A stretch of DNA of 64,000 bases from Nitrospirota bacterium (GCA_963732675.1 CAVTAJ010000020.1:139887-203886), one strand, 5' to 3'; numbered from the stretch's first letter, positions 1-13,186 are shown. Translations and numbers: made by a program. The notes: generated from the letters alone by a model not told the origin.

Positions 1-50
1 TCCGGTCGTCGTCGCGCAGGGGCGGGAACTCGCCGAGTGAGGGAATTCTG

Positions 51-227
51 GTGCGAAGAGATATCTGGATATTTTTGATCGTCATCGGCATCCTGTTCTT
101 CAGCTGGCCCATCATGAGCATATTCAGGGACAGTCTGACAACCTACCTCTTCGTCATCTGGATCATTTTCATCGCGCTCATATTCGTGATCTCCCTATTT
201 TCGGAACGAGAGGACGGAAACGGCTAA
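51..227 (+). CDS. small two-TM membrane protein immediately upstream of the SLC5-domain sensor gene (possible DUF4212-like solute:sodium symporter small subunit)
   Basis: In-frame ORF ending TAA 225-227. Translation ...IVIGILFFSWPIMSIFRDSLTTYLFVIWIIFIALIFVISLFSEREDGNG is hydrophobic. GTG(51)/TTG(75) start is uncertain. Position mirrors DUF485 before actP. Confidence 0.35.
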   Translation: MRRDIWIFLIVIGILFFSWPIMSIFRDSLTTYLFVIWIIFIALIFVISLFSEREDGNG

Positions 228-3185
228 TTGTTTTCTCCCTGGACCCTACTGTTCACTCTGCTTTCCTATCTCCTCCTGCTTTTTTCCGTCGCCTATTTTG
301 CCGAGCGCAAGGAGCTGCAGGGGAAGAGCCTGGTTTCTAATCCCTATGTCTACTCGCTCTCCCTGGCCGTGTACTGCACCTCCTGGACGTTCTACGGCAG
401 CGTGGGCAAGGCGGCGAACGCGGGCCTGAGCTTCCTCACGATCTATATCGGCCCGACGCTGATGGCGGCGCTCTGGTGGATCGTTCTGCGGAAAATCGTC
501 CTTATCTCCAAGGAAAACCGGATCACCACGATCTCGGATTTCATCTCCTCGCGCTACGGCAAGTCGCTCGGCCTGTCGGCGCTCGTCACCATCGTGGCGG
601 TCATCGGCATCACCCCCTATCTCGGGCTCCAGCTCAAGGCCATCATGACGACCTTCTCCCTGCTCTCGGGCAGGCCCGAAAGCAGCCACTTTGCGGGCTG
701 GTTCATCTCGCTGCTCCTTGGCGTGTTTGCCGTGATCTTCGGCGCGCGAAGGCTCGATGCAAGTGAACGCCACGGCGGGCTGGTCTTCGCCGATCGCTTT
801 TGAGTCGGCGATCAAGCTCGTCGCCTTCCTGAGCGTCGGCATTTTCGTGACCTACGGGCTTTTCAACGGCTTCGGCGACATTCTGGCGGAGATCAAGACC
901 GGTCCCTTTGCCGGCTCTGACCAGGATCGGCAGCGACTCCGGGGTGAGCTTCCTCGAGTGGACGTCGCTGACGTTCCTGTCGATGATGGCCGTCATGTTC
1001 CTGCCCCGGCAGTTTCACGTGGCAGTAGTTGAAAATTATTCAGCCGGCCATATCAAAAAAGCCATGTGGCTCTTTCCTCTCTATCTTTTTCTGATCAACG
1101 TGTTCGTCCTCCCCATCGCCTACGGCGGGTTGCTTATCGGCGACATCGGGTCGAGCGCGGACTATTACGTCCTCAGCATTCCCCTGCATTACGGCCACCC
1201 GCTGCTGGCGCTCTTCGTATTCATCGGGGGGTTCTCCGCCGCCACGGCCATGATCATCGTGGAGTCCGTGGCGCTGTCCACGATGGTCATGAACAGCTTC
1301 GTCATGCCCACGTTCTGGGACTCTGCGGGCATTCAAGAACTTCTCACGCCGTGATGCTGAACATCAAGCGGCTCGTCATCCTGGGGTGCGTGTTCCTCGG
1401 GTACACCTTCGCCGTGTACTATCGGTGAATACTACAGCCTCGTGGACATCGGGCTCAAGTCCTTCGAGGCGGTCACCATCTTCGCCCCGTCCATCCTGCT
1501 CGGCCTTTACTGGAAGGGCGGCAACAAGAAGGGCGCTATCGCCGGGATCATCGCGGGGTTCAGCGTCTGGATCTACACGCTGCTCATCCCGGCGCTCATG
1601 CGCGCCGGGATCATCGAGCCGGGCGGCGTCATGGAGGCGGTCTTCAACTCGAGGCTCCTGAACCCCACGGCGCTCTTCGGCCTCGCAGGGCCTCGACCGC
1701 TGGAGCCACTCCCTGTTCTGGGGGCTGCTCCTGAACCTCGTCTTCTACGTGGGCGTGTCGCTCTTCACCCGGCAGTCCGACGCCGAGACCCGCCAGGCCA
1801 TCATCTTCGTGGATTCCTACTCGCCGCTTCAGTTCTCGCTGCCCCACCGGCCCGTCAACCATACAGCGAAATCGAGGACATCCTCGGACAGTACATCGGC
1901 AAGCACGAGGCGCGCGAGGCGGTCGAACGGTTTTTTGAAAAAGAACCGACTGAGCCCGCGAATCGGTCTCCAACGAGTGGCTCCTGAAGCTGAGGCAGGA
2001 GGCGGAACGAATCCTCTCGGGCGCGCTCGGGCCGTCCATCAGCACCCTGGTGTTCCAGGACCGGACTGGTCCTGACGCACGAGGAGGCGCTCCGCGTCTC
2101 GAACTCCATCCAGCAGATATCCCGGAGCCTGCGGCTGTCGCGCCAGGAACTCGCCGAAGCGAACCGGCAGCTCGCCATGCTCAAGGAGTTCAGCGAGAAC
2201 ATCATCGAGAGCCTCCCGCTCGGCGTGGCCACCCTCGACGAGTCGCTGCGGGTGACCTACTGGAACAGCGGCATGGAGATGATCACGGGCGTGGAGAAGT
2301 CAGACGCGCTGAACAGCATGGCGACGGACCTGCTGACCTGCCTCGAGCCGCGGCTCTTCTACGCCTGATGTGCACGAGGGCGAGATCACCTGCAAGCGGA
2401 ACTTCGATCCCCAGATCATCCTGAAGGGCTATGTGAGCAGGCTTACGGGCGCGCAGAAGGGATACGTTCTTGTGCTTGAGGACATCACCGAGAAGAAGAA
2501 GATCGAGGAGGAACTGTTTCGCGCGACCAAGCATGCCAGTGTGGGCAGGCTCGCCGCGGGTGTGGCCCACGAGATCGGCAACCCGCTTGCGTCCATCTCG
2601 TCCCTGGTGCAGGAGCTGTTGACCGAGGACCTGTCGTCTTTTGAGAAGGACTCTCTCGGCACCATCAATCAGCACGTGCACCGGATCGCGCGGATCGTGC
2701 GGAACCTCGGAGATTTTGCCCGGCTTTACCCGCGCCAGAAAATGCCGACGAGCCTTCGGGACATCCTTGAGAACACGCTGAACCTCGTTCGATACGACAA
2801 AAACTTCCGGAAGGTCGTGATCCACACGGAGGTGCAGGACACCCCGCTGCTCAAGATCGACCCCGACCAGATCCAGCAGGTGTTCCTGAACCTGATCCTG
2901 AACGCGCGTGACGCCATGCCCGACGGCGGGGACCTCGATATCTCGATTAAACGGTCGAACGGCCTGGTTGAGGTGCGCTTTGCCGACACGGGACACGGCA
3001 TTGATCCCGAGGTCCGGGACAAGGTCTTCGATCCATTTTTCAGCACCAAGGGGCCGACCAAGGGCACGGGTCTGGGACTCAGCATCTGCTACAGCATCAT
3101 CAAGGACCACGGCGGCACCATCGAGATCGATTCGGAAAAGGAACGGGGGACGCGGTTCACGATCAAGATCCCGGTGGAAGCGTGA
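228..3185 (+). pseudogene. SLC5 (sodium:solute symporter)-domain sensor histidine kinase, CbrA-like: SSF membrane domain + PAS + HisKA + HATPase_c. Interrupted by at least 5 frameshifts.
   Basis: ORF pieces 228-803, 757-~905, 908-1354, 1442-~1700, 2177-2368 and 2370-3185 translate to consecutive parts of one protein. They cover the SSF TM helices, a PAS domain (LPLGVATLDESLRVTYWNSGME), the H-box HEIGNPLASISS, and the N/G boxes (LILNARDAM, DTGHGI, GTGLGL). Confidence 0.75.
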
Positions 3186-3297
3186 ATCCCTGTCCGCAGA
3201 TTACGCAGATCTAAACATGGAAACGATTTCGCAGATGACGAAGCAGTACGAGTTTTCAATCGGCACGCGTAATCTGCGGATACATAATAATGAGGTT

Positions 3298-4650
<1,353 letters not shown>

Positions 4651-4746
4651 GTGCGGCGCGTAACGCAATTGACGATCGAACAGAGCAGGGTGGGGGGCCG
4701 CTCTGCTGGATCCACAAGAGTCGGTAATAAATCGGGGAGGATATAT

Positions 4747-5337
4747 ATGGAGTCCATCAGCAAACTGCTGAACAAGATCTTAGGGCATTATGAAAAAAAG
4801 GAATATGACGCTGCCGAGAAGGCGGTGGATATGCTCCTTGTTTCTCATCCGGATTTTCACCGGGGGCAGTTCATGAAGGCAGTGATCCTCGAAGAGACGG
4901 GAAGAGGGGATGCCGCGGAACAGCATTACGCCCGATCGGGGAACCGGTACACCCTCTGGAGCCGGCTTGCCGTGCAGCTGCATGACATCGACCCCAACCG
5001 GGCGCTCATCTATTATGAGCGGGTGACCAAAGCGGACCCCCAGAACAATCTGTTGTGGTACGGTCTGGGAGAGCTGTATGAAAAAATGGGCAGGCCTGAC
5101 GACGCGCGGGAATGTTACCGGAACCTGTCACCGGTCAAGGAGGTCCTTTCAAAAATATTCATTCCTCTCGGTTTCATGATCTTTTTGCTCAGCGGGGGCG
5201 CGATGATGATCCACCGGGGAGAACGAGGCCTCGCTGCAGTAGTGATCGCGTCGGCGATCTTCTGTGCGTTCTGGTTGAAGCGGGATGCGGGCAAAGCGAT
5301 TCACATGATCGTGAAGAAGAGCAAGGCGAAAAAGTAG
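4747..5337 (+). CDS. TPR-repeat protein with two C-terminal transmembrane helices
   Basis: RBS GGGGAGG 6 nt before ATG 4747. TPR-like motifs (LLWYGLGELYEKMGRPDDARECY). Hydrophobic C-terminus IFIPLGFMIFLLSGGAMMI / LAAVVIASAIFCAFWL. Confidence 0.55.
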   Translation: MESISKLLNKILGHYEKKEYDAAEKAVDMLLVSHPDFHRGQFMKAVILEETGRGDAAEQHYARSGNRYTLWSRLAVQLHDIDPNRALIYYERVTKADPQNNLLWYGLGELYEKMGRPDDARECYRNLSPVKEVLSKIFIPLGFMIFLLSGGAMMIHRGERGLAAVVIASAIFCAFWLKRDAGKAIHMIVKKSKAKK

Positions 5338-6184
5338 TTGTCACAGAAGCATACCCGGTCCGTGCGTCCGGTACGAAGATCCGGGACGACCTAGGGCGTT
5401 CAAAGAACCTTGAACTGTTCGTCTACCGGCATTCGGACGCCGGATGCACCCACGGAATCTGCCCGCGTGTGCGCAGAAATTGAATACGGAATAGTATGCA
5501 CAAGGAAATAGTTAGGCGGGTTCGATTCAGAACATGGTCAGCTCGCTCATCATGGCACTGGAGCAGATGTCGTCGTTTGACAATTGCATCGCACGGGTTG
5601 GGTCGAACAATAGGATAAAACGGGGGGAAATCATTCCCCTGCCTGAGCGTCAGGATGACCGGTATTCGTAGCACTACCTCGAGACGGAGCGACTCGTTGC
5701 TGTGCTTCCTGATCTCACCACCAAGGTCTTGGTACTTTTCTATTAAACCTGCCCGGTTCTTTCCATACTCTGTGAAATTATTGGCCGCTATCTCATGGTT
5801 ACTTTTCGTAGCTTGATTGCGCATTACAATGTCACTATTTGTTACGGATGAGATGGCTACTCTTCGGTATATGACGATCTCTTATGAATTTGCGTTGACC
5901 ATTTTTTTAAGTCCTTATTTATAAAGTGAAATCTTCTGCTAATTGCAATTATGCACCACAATGCAATTGGCTGCACTTTTTGGCACATACCACGAAGACC
6001 ACGATAAAAACATATTGATTTTACGAAATTATTACATTCCCACCCAGCCCACCACAACAAAAGCAAAACTCTGCGTTTCCTCTACATTGTATAAGACCGT
6101 TGGCATGCATAATTCGAATTAAAAAAAATCGAGACTGATTTGCAAAATTCTTAAATATGGTCTTTGTTTTGCTAGTTATTTACC

Positions 6185-8122
6185 ATGAACTCCACCATCG
6201 TGCCGAATCATGGCAGTAACATTATCCTTGAAGACGCGGTTGCCTTCCTGAAGAAGGTCCCGCCGTTCCAGTTCCTTAGTGAGACTGACCTCCAGGCTGT
6301 TGCCCGTAACCTGTCCATGGAGTTCTATCCCAAGGACATGGTGATCCAGCGGCAGGATGGGCCGCCGAGCGACGCACTCCGTATCATCAAAAAGGGCGGC
6401 GTGAAGCTCGTTCTTGTTTCGGATGACGGCGGCGAGGCGATCATGGATTACCGGGGAGACGGGGATACCTTTGGGTTCTTGTCCATGGTTGGCAAAGACC
6501 GGGTGCGAACCAACGTCGTGGCTGTCGAAGACACGATCTGTTACCTCCTGGGCAAAGAGATGGTTTTAAAGCTGCTCGATTCCAACCTGTCCTTCACTGA
6601 ATTTTTCCTTAAATCCCATATCACGCGTTACATCGATAAAACCTACCGCGAGATGCAGGACAAGAGCATGTTCTACGGCGGGAGCGACCGCCTGCTGTTC
6701 ACGACCCGGGTGGGAGACATGGCTGTCAAGGATGTCGTTTCCACGCACGAGGACACGACGATCCGGGAAGCGGCGCAGATCATGTCCGAGCATCGCATCA
6801 GTTCGATCGTGGTCAGGGACCGCAACAGCCTGCCGACGGGCATGGTGACCGACCGGGACTTTCGTGAAAAGGTCGTTGCAAAGGGCCGAAACGTCGATGA
6901 GCCGATCAAGAACATCATGAGCACATCGCTGATCCGCGTCGATGCGCGGGACTATTGCTTCGAGGCCGTGCTCAAGATGATCAAGTACAATATCCACCAC
7001 ATCCTCGTGATCAGGGACGGGAAGCTCACGGGGGTGATCACCAACCACGACATGATGATGCTCCAGGGCACCTCGCCGCTGTCGCTCACCAAGGACATCG
7101 AGAGTCAGCAGACCATCGAAGGGCTCATTCCCGTCTCGAAGAAGATCAACGGCATTGTCGGGCTTTTGCTCAAGGAAGGGGCCAAGGCGAGCAACATCAC
7201 CATGATCATCACCGAGATCAATGACCGGCTCGTGCGCAAAGTCCTTGAATGCGCCGAGCGGAAGCATGGCAAGCCGCCGGTTGCCTACTGCTGGATCGGG
7301 TTTGGGAGCGAAGGCCGTAAGGAGCAGACCTTCAAGACCGATCAGGACAATGCCATCATCACTGCCGATCCGGCGAGCGAGGCCGAGGCGGAAGCCGCGA
7401 AAAAATATTTCTCCGCCTTTGCCGAGTTTGTAAGGGACAGCCTGCTCCTGTGCGGGTTCCCGCCCTGCCCGGCAAACTATATGGCGAGCAATCCCCAGTG
7501 GTGCCAGCCGCTCAAGGTATGGAAAAAATATTTCTCCACCTGGATCTCGACTCCTACGCCGGATGCCGTGCTCAATTCCGTGGCCTTCTTTGATTTTCGG
7601 CCGATGTACGGCGAGACCTCCCTGGCCGAAGCGCTCCGGGACCATCTGATCGCGCTCCTCAAGGACCAGAAGGTGTTCCTCGGGTATGTGGCGAACATGG
7701 CGATCAAGAACCAGCCGCCCATCGGGTTCTTCAAGTCATTTGTCGTGGACAAGGAAGGGGCGCACAAGGACGAACTGAACCTCAAGATCAAAGGCCTCGC
7801 GCCTCTCGTGGACATCCTTCGGCTATTTGCGCTCGAGAAAGGCATCCGCGAGACCTCCACCATGGAACGGATCGAGACGCTGAAGAGCAAACATACCATC
7901 GTCGAGGAATATGCCGACGACCTGGAGCAGGCCTTTGAGTTCATCACGCTCCTCCGTATCCATCATCAATACACCCAGGTCAGCTCGGGCCAGGCGCCCG
8001 ATAACTTCATCAATCCGAACCGGTTGAGCAACCTCGAGAAGCGGTCGATCAAAGAGGCGTTCCAGCTTGTCGAGAAGATCCAGGCCCTGATCATAGAGCT
8101 GTACAAGTCGCTTATCTGGTGA
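6185..8122 (+). CDS. cyclic-nucleotide-binding + tandem CBS + DUF294 nucleotidyltransferase + DUF294_C protein (COG2905 family)
   Basis: 645 aa. N-terminal cNMP-binding fold, two CBS domains (aa ~170-290), nucleotidyltransferase motif GFGSEGRKEQTFKTDQDNAII, C-terminal substrate-binding domain. Confidence 0.85.
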   Translation: MNSTIVPNHGSNIILEDAVAFLKKVPPFQFLSETDLQAVARNLSMEFYPKDMVIQRQDGPPSDALRIIKKGGVKLVLVSDDGGEAIMDYRGDGDTFGFLSMVGKDRVRTNVVAVEDTICYLLGKEMVLKLLDSNLSFTEFFLKSHITRYIDKTYREMQDKSMFYGGSDRLLFTTRVGDMAVKDVVSTHEDTTIREAAQIMSEHRISSIVVRDRNSLPTGMVTDRDFREKVVAKGRNVDEPIKNIMSTSLIRVDARDYCFEAVLKMIKYNIHHILVIRDGKLTGVITNHDMMMLQGTSPLSLTKDIESQQTIEGLIPVSKKINGIVGLLLKEGAKASNITMIITEINDRLVRKVLECAERKHGKPPVAYCWIGFGSEGRKEQTFKTDQDNAIITADPASEAEAEAAKKYFSAFAEFVRDSLLLCGFPPCPANYMASNPQWCQPLKVWKKYFSTWISTPTPDAVLNSVAFFDFRPMYGETSLAEALRDHLIALLKDQKVFLGYVANMAIKNQPPIGFFKSFVVDKEGAHKDELNLKIKGLAPLVDILRLFALEKGIRETSTMERIETLKSKHTIVEEYADDLEQAFEFITLLRIHHQYTQVSSGQAPDNFINPNRLSNLEKRSIKEAFQLVEKIQALIIELYKSLIW

Positions 8123-8901
8123 GAGTTGGAATGCGGGATGCGGATGTCAGAAGGCGGAATGCCGGTCGCTGGCGTATGCCGGCGAGATCGGTGAACCTGA
8201 TGGTCAACCTGTTCGGAAGGAACAAAAAGCCGGGGCTCGACAGTAAAACGCCGATCACCGAAGTACGCTACGTAGCGGTCGACACGGAACTCACCGGGCT
8301 CGACGAGAACAAGGATTCCATCGTTTCCGTCGGTGCCATGCGCATGACAGGAGGCAGGATCGACCTCGGTGAAACCTTCTACCGCCTCGTGAGCCCGCGG
8401 ACGGAATTGACGGCCGCAAGCGTGGTCATCCACGAGATCATGCCGTCGGAGGTAGTCGCATCGCCGCGTGATCGAGCCGGTGCTGGCGGAGTTCCTCGAG
8501 TTTTGCGGCACCGATGTGCTCGTGGGCCATTTCATCTCTATCGACCTTGCGTTTCTGAACCGGGAGATGAAGCGGCTTCGCGGGCATGCACTTCCAAACG
8601 CCGTCATAGATACGTTCAGTATTTACGAATGGCTCCGGAAACGCCAGAAGTGCCGCGACTATGTTTGCAACGCCGGTCGGGGGGTGCCGGCTCTCACGAG
8701 ATCAGCGAATGTTTCGGTATCCCGGTGTCCGGTGCGCACAATGCGATCATGGACGCTTTTGCCACGGCGCAGCTGTTCCAGAGGTTTCTCCCGCTGCTGA
8801 TCGAGGCTGGAGCGAAGGACATTGGGGATCTGCTGAAAATAGGTACGCCATTCAAAGGGGGTGATCGGATCAGATTATCAGGGGAGTTCAGTGATTTTTA
8901 G
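8119..8901 (+). pseudogene. DEDDh 3'-5' exonuclease (DnaQ/Pol III epsilon-like), two frameshifts
   Basis: Exo I motif VAVDTELTGL. Middle part is in another frame (8468-~8700: VGHFISIDLAFLN...). Exo III motif HNAIMDAFATAQLF is back in the first frame. Start overlaps the upstream stop (GTGA). Confidence 0.7.
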
Positions 8902-8931
8902 GATCAAACACAAACCAAAGGAGGATGAAAC

Positions 8932-9244
8932 ATGAGCAAGTTAAAACACGAAGACATCTTGAATGACCCGGATTTCAAAGACCTGTCCAGACAGAAGTTC
9001 ACCATCTCGATCATTCTGACGGTCCTGGAGCTGGTGCTCTATTTCGGGTTCATAGGCCTGATCGCATTCAACAAGCCGTTCCTGGCGCAGAAGCTCTCCG
9101 CCGGGCGTGGCAACCACGATCGGGATCCCCATTGCCGTCGGCACGATCTATCTTTCCTGGGTGTTTACCGGGATCTACATCTGGTGGGCGAACACCAAGT
9201 ATGATGTGCTGGTCAACAAAGTCAAAGAAAAGGTGGGAGGATAA
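8932..9244 (+). pseudogene. DUF485 (YjcH-like) inner-membrane protein, +1 frameshift in a G-run near 9108
   Basis: RBS AGGAGG. N-terminus MSKLKHEDILNDPDFKDLSRQKF and TM helices. C-terminal part ([40 protein letters not shown]) is in the +1 frame. Classic partner of actP. Confidence 0.7.
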
Positions 9245-9246
9245 CT

Positions 9247-11029
9247 ATGCCGCAGACAATCATTGGACAGACAAACCCTGTTGCGATCATGTTCTTTGTC
9301 CTGTTCGTGCTCAGCACCCTCGGCATCACGTACTGGGCGGCAAAACGGACAAGGACCACAAAGGACTTCTACGCAGCAGGCAGAAGCATCACCGGTTTCC
9401 AGAACGGGCTCGCCCTTGCCGGCGACTACATGAGCGCCGCGTCGTTCCTCGGGATCGCGGGCCTCGTGTCGACCAAAGGCTATGACGGCCTGATCTACTC
9501 GGTGGGCTGGCTCGTGGGATGGCCCATCATCATGTTCCTGATCTCGGAACCGCTCAGGAACCTCGGGAAGTACACGTTTGCCGACGTGGTGGCCTACCGC
9601 CTGCAGCAGCGCCCCATCCGGGCAGCGGCAGCGACGGGTTCGCTCGTCGTCGTGATCACCTACCTCATCGCGCAGATGGTGGGCGCCGGCACGCTGATCA
9701 AGCTCATGTTCGGCCTTCCTTTTGAGCTGGCCATTGTCATCACCGGCACCCTGATGATCTCCTACGTGCTGTTCGGCGGCATGATCGCCACGACCTGGGT
9801 GCAGATCATCAAAGCGGGTCTCCTCCTGAGCGGCGCAACGCTCCTCGTGCTGATGACCCTGAACAAGTTCGGGTTCAGCTACGGCGAGCTCTTCGGCCAG
9901 GCGGAAAAACTCTACGGCTCGAAATTCCTCGAACCGGGCGGGCTTGTGACGAGCCCCATTGACGCGTTCTCGCTCGGCCTCGCCCTCATGTTCGGTACGG
10001 CGGGACTCCCGCACATTCTCATGCGGTTCTACACGGTGCCCGATGCCAAGCAGGCAAGGAAATCCGTGTTCGTGCGCGACCGGGTTCATCGGCTATTTCT
10101 ACATCCTGACCGTGACCATCGGCTTCGGCGCTGCCGTGCTCGTGGGCCAGAAGGCCATCATGGCGATCGATAAGGGCGGCAACATGGCCGGCCCGATGCT
10201 CGCCGAGGCGCTCGGCGGAAACCTGTTCCTCGGGTTCCTTTCAGCGGTGGCTTTCGCCACGATCCTTGCCGTGGTCTCCGGCCTTACCCTCGCGGGCGCA
10301 TCGGCGCTCTCCCATGACCTGTATGTGGGCGTGATCCGCCGCGGTGTTGCTGCTGAGAAGGAAGAGGTGAAGGTTGCGAAGATGTCCACCGTTGGGCTGG
10401 GTGTCATCGCGATCCTGCTCGGGATCTTCTTTAAAGGTCAGAACGTCGCTTTCCTGGTCGGACTGACCTTTGCGATCGCCGCGAGCGCGAACTTCCCGGC
10501 GCTGCTCCTGTCCATCACCTGGAAGAAACTCACCACCTACGGTGCTGTGTGGAGCATCTACACCGGCGTTATCGTGGCGACCGTGCTCATCATTCTGTCC
10601 CCGACGGTCTGGGTCGACATCGTGCACAAGGAAGCCAAGGTCAAAGTCGAGGCAATGGTCAAGGAAGCCGATACGGCAATGGTGGCCGCCGACACGCAGA
10701 TCGCGGACCTGCAGAAGCAGATTATCCCTGCCGATGCGCTCGCCAAACTGAAGAAAAAAGAAAAAGTGGCCGCCGAGAACAAGAACAAGGCCACCGATGC
10801 CGCCATGGCTGCCAAGAAGCTGGAAAAGGACCAGCTGGCTGCGAAAAAGAAGGACGCGGCATCCCAGATGCCGCAGCCGATCTTCCCGCTCAAGAACCCC
10901 GGCATCTATTCAATGGCTGCTGCATTCCTGATGGCGTTCTTCATATCCATCATCAAGCCTGAGAAAGAAGCAGAGGACAAGTTCGCGGGCGTTAAGGTCC
11001 GGGAGTATCTCGGCATCGGAGCGGAATAG
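9247..11029 (+). pseudogene. actP: cation/acetate symporter ActP (SSF family), one frameshift near 10075; K/A-rich low-complexity insertion near C-terminus
   Basis: RBS GGGAGGA before ATG 9247. SSF signature across 9247-10080 and 10085-11029 in two frames. Single-base insertion in gtgCgcgacc. Confidence 0.85.
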
Positions 11030-11057
11030 TCCGCACGGCACCAGAACGATTCGGAAG

Positions 11058-11094
11058 CACGGGTACGGCGTCTCACGGGCGCCGTACCCGTGCC
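11058..11094 (+). terminator. GC-rich hairpin after actP (14-bp perfect stem gcacgggtacggcg / cgccgtacccgtgc, 9-nt loop)
   Basis: Perfect inverted repeat seen directly. No strong U-tract, so it could be an attenuator or RNA-stabilising structure rather than a full terminator. Confidence 0.4.
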
Positions 11095-11206
11095 TCGTAA
11101 CGGTCGTATCTCAATCCTCTGATATAATAGGGGAGAGGGTAGTCACTTACCTCCAATGCTCCGGCAGTGGAGGTACTATTTTTCAACAGGGGAAGGAGGA
11201 ATTCGC

Positions 11207-13186
11207 ATGGCAGATGAAAGCATCCAAGTCCTATCGACGGAAAAACGGACGTTCCCTCCGTCAAAGGAATTCAGTCAAAAAGCGCACATCAAGAGCATGA
11301 AGGAGTACGAGCAGCTCTACAAGCGGTCGGTGGACGACCCCGAGAAGTTCTGGGCGGAGATGGCCGAGAAGAACCTCACGTGGTACAAGAAATGGGACAA
11401 GGTCCTGGACTACGATTTCCACAAGCCCTCCATCAAGTGGTTCGCGGGCGGAAAACTGAACGCCTCGGTGAACTGCCTTGACCGGTTCATCAACACCCCC
11501 ACCCGGAACAAGGCCGCGATCATCTGGGAGGCGGACAGCGGGGTGTACAAGACCTTCACCTACCAGCAGCTGTACTACGAGGTGAACCGCTTCGCCAACG
11601 TCCTCAAGAAGAAGGGCGTCAAGAAGGGCGACCGGGTCACCATCTATCTTCCCATGATCCCCGAGCTGGCGATCTCCATGCTGGCCTGCGCGCGCATCGG
11701 CGCGATCCACAGCGTGGTGTTCGGCGGGTTTTCCGCGAAGGCAATGCGGGACCGCATCCAGGACTGCGAGTCGTCCATGGTCATCACCGCGGACGAAGGC
11801 CTGCGCGGCGGCCGGTTCATCCCCTTAAAGGCCAACGCCGACGAGGCGCTGCTCGAATGCCCGACCGTGAAGGACATGATCGTGGTCCAGCGGGCAGGCA
11901 CGGGCAAGGTCAACATGGAACCGGGCAGGGACACGTGGTGGCATGAGGAGATGGCGGCAAAGGACATCACGAACTATTGCGAACCCGAGAAGATGGACGC
12001 GGAAGACCCGCTCTTCATCCTCTACACCTCGGGCTCCACGGGCAAGCCCAAGGGCGTGCTGCATACCACCGGCGGCTACCTGCTCTATACCAACATTTCG
12101 TTCCGGTGGATCTTCGACTACCACGAAGAAGACATCCACTTCTGCACCGCCGACATCGGATGGGTCACCGGCCACAGCTACATCCTGTACGGCCCGCTCT
12201 CGAACGGCGCCACCTCGCTCATGTTCGAAGGCATCCCGACCTATCCCGACCCGGGCAGGTTCTGGGACATCGTGGACAAGCACCAGGTCAACATCTTCTA
12301 CACCGCGCCCACGGCCATCCGCGCGCTCATGAAGGAAGGCGACAGCTGGGTGACCAAGCACGACCTTTCCTCCCTCAAGGTCCTCGGAAGCGTGGGTGAG
12401 CCCATCAACCCCGAGGCGTGGATGTGGTACCACAAGCACGTGGGCCACGAAAAGCTCCCGATCGTGGACACGTGGTGGCAGACCGAGACCGGCGGCATCC
12501 TGATCACGCCGCTCCCCGGCGCCATCACGACCAAGCCGGGCTCGGCAACCCGTCCGTTCCCGGGCGTCGTTCCCAGTGTGGTGAAAGAGGACGGCTCGCC
12601 TGCCAAGGCGAACGAAGGCGGCTACCTGTGCATTGACAAACCCTGGCCCGGCATGCTTCGCGGCACCTACGGAGACCCCGCGAACAAGCGGATCAAAGAG
12701 GTCTACTTCACCCGGTTCCCGGGCAAGTACTTCACCGGCGACGGCGCGCGCGTGGACGAGGACGGCGATTACTGGCTCATGGGCCGCGTGGACGACGTGA
12801 TCAACGTGTCCGGCCACCGGCTCGGCACTGCCGAGGTCGAGTCCGCGCTCGTCAGCCACGAGGCGGTAGCCGAAGCAGCGGTCGTCGGCTATCCGCACGA
12901 CATCAAGGGCGAAGGCATCTACGTGTATGTGACGCTCAAGGACGGGTTCAAGCCGACCGACGATCTCAAGAAGGTCCTCACCGGCCATGTCCGCTCGGTC
13001 ATCGGGCCGATCGCCACGCCGGACAAGCTCCAGTTCGCGCCCGGCCTGCCGAAGACGCGGAGCGGCAAGATCATGCGCCGCATCCTCCGGAAGATCGCCC
13101 ACAACCAGGTGGAAGACCTGGGCGATACCTCGACCCTGGCCGATCCGACCGTGGTCGACAGTCTCGTGAAGAACCGGGTGCAGTAA
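11207..13186 (+). CDS. acs: acetyl-CoA synthetase (AMP-forming)
   Basis: RBS GGAAGGAGG. 660 aa. Acs N-terminal domain, AMP-binding motif [11 protein letters not shown], conserved C-terminal K ([11 protein letters not shown]). Confidence 0.95.
   Translation: MADESIQVLSTEKRTFPPSKEFSQKAHIKSMKEYEQLYKRSVDDPEKFWAEMAEKNLTWYKKWDKVLDYDFHKPSIKWFAGGKLNASVNCLDRFINTPTRNKAAIIWEADSGVYKTFTYQQLYYEVNRFANVLKKKGVKKGDRVTIYLPMIPELAISMLACARIGAIHSVVFGGFSAKAMRDRIQDCESSMVITADEGLRGGRFIPLKANADEALLECPTVKDMIVVQRAGTGKVNMEPGRDTWWHEEMAAKDITNYCEPEKMDAEDPLFILYTSGSTGKPKGVLHTTGGYLLYTNISFRWIFDYHEEDIHFCTADIGWVTGHSYILYGPLSNGATSLMFEGIPTYPDPGRFWDIVDKHQVNIFYTAPTAIRALMKEGDSWVTKHDLSSLKVLGSVGEPINPEAWMWYHKHVGHEKLPIVDTWWQTETGGILITPLPGAITTKPGSATRPFPGVVPSVVKEDGSPAKANEGGYLCIDKPWPGMLRGTYGDPANKRIKEVYFTRFPGKYFTGDGARVDEDGDYWLMGRVDDVINVSGHRLGTAEVESALVSHEAVAEAAVVGYPHDIKGEGIYVYVTLKDGFKPTDDLKKVLTGHVRSVIGPIATPDKLQFAPGLPKTRSGKIMRRILRKIAHNQVEDLGDTSTLADPTVVDSLVKNRVQ

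Noticed and set aside
2908-3297. Long N-terminal extension of the sigma-54 regulator ORF (ORF called from 2908)
   Set aside because: It overlaps the histidine-kinase 3' end in another frame and is Arg/Ser-rich low complexity. The receiver domain starts at ATG 3298/3301.
5423-5824. 133-aa ORF on the minus strand in the large intergenic region
   Set aside because: No RBS, no domain, composition unlike neighbouring genes. Treated as non-coding.
6096-6120. Possible sigma-54 promoter (ttGGcatgcataattcg) upstream of the DUF294 gene; also tggcacatacc at 5983
   Set aside because: The -12 element does not match TTGC at the correct spacing.
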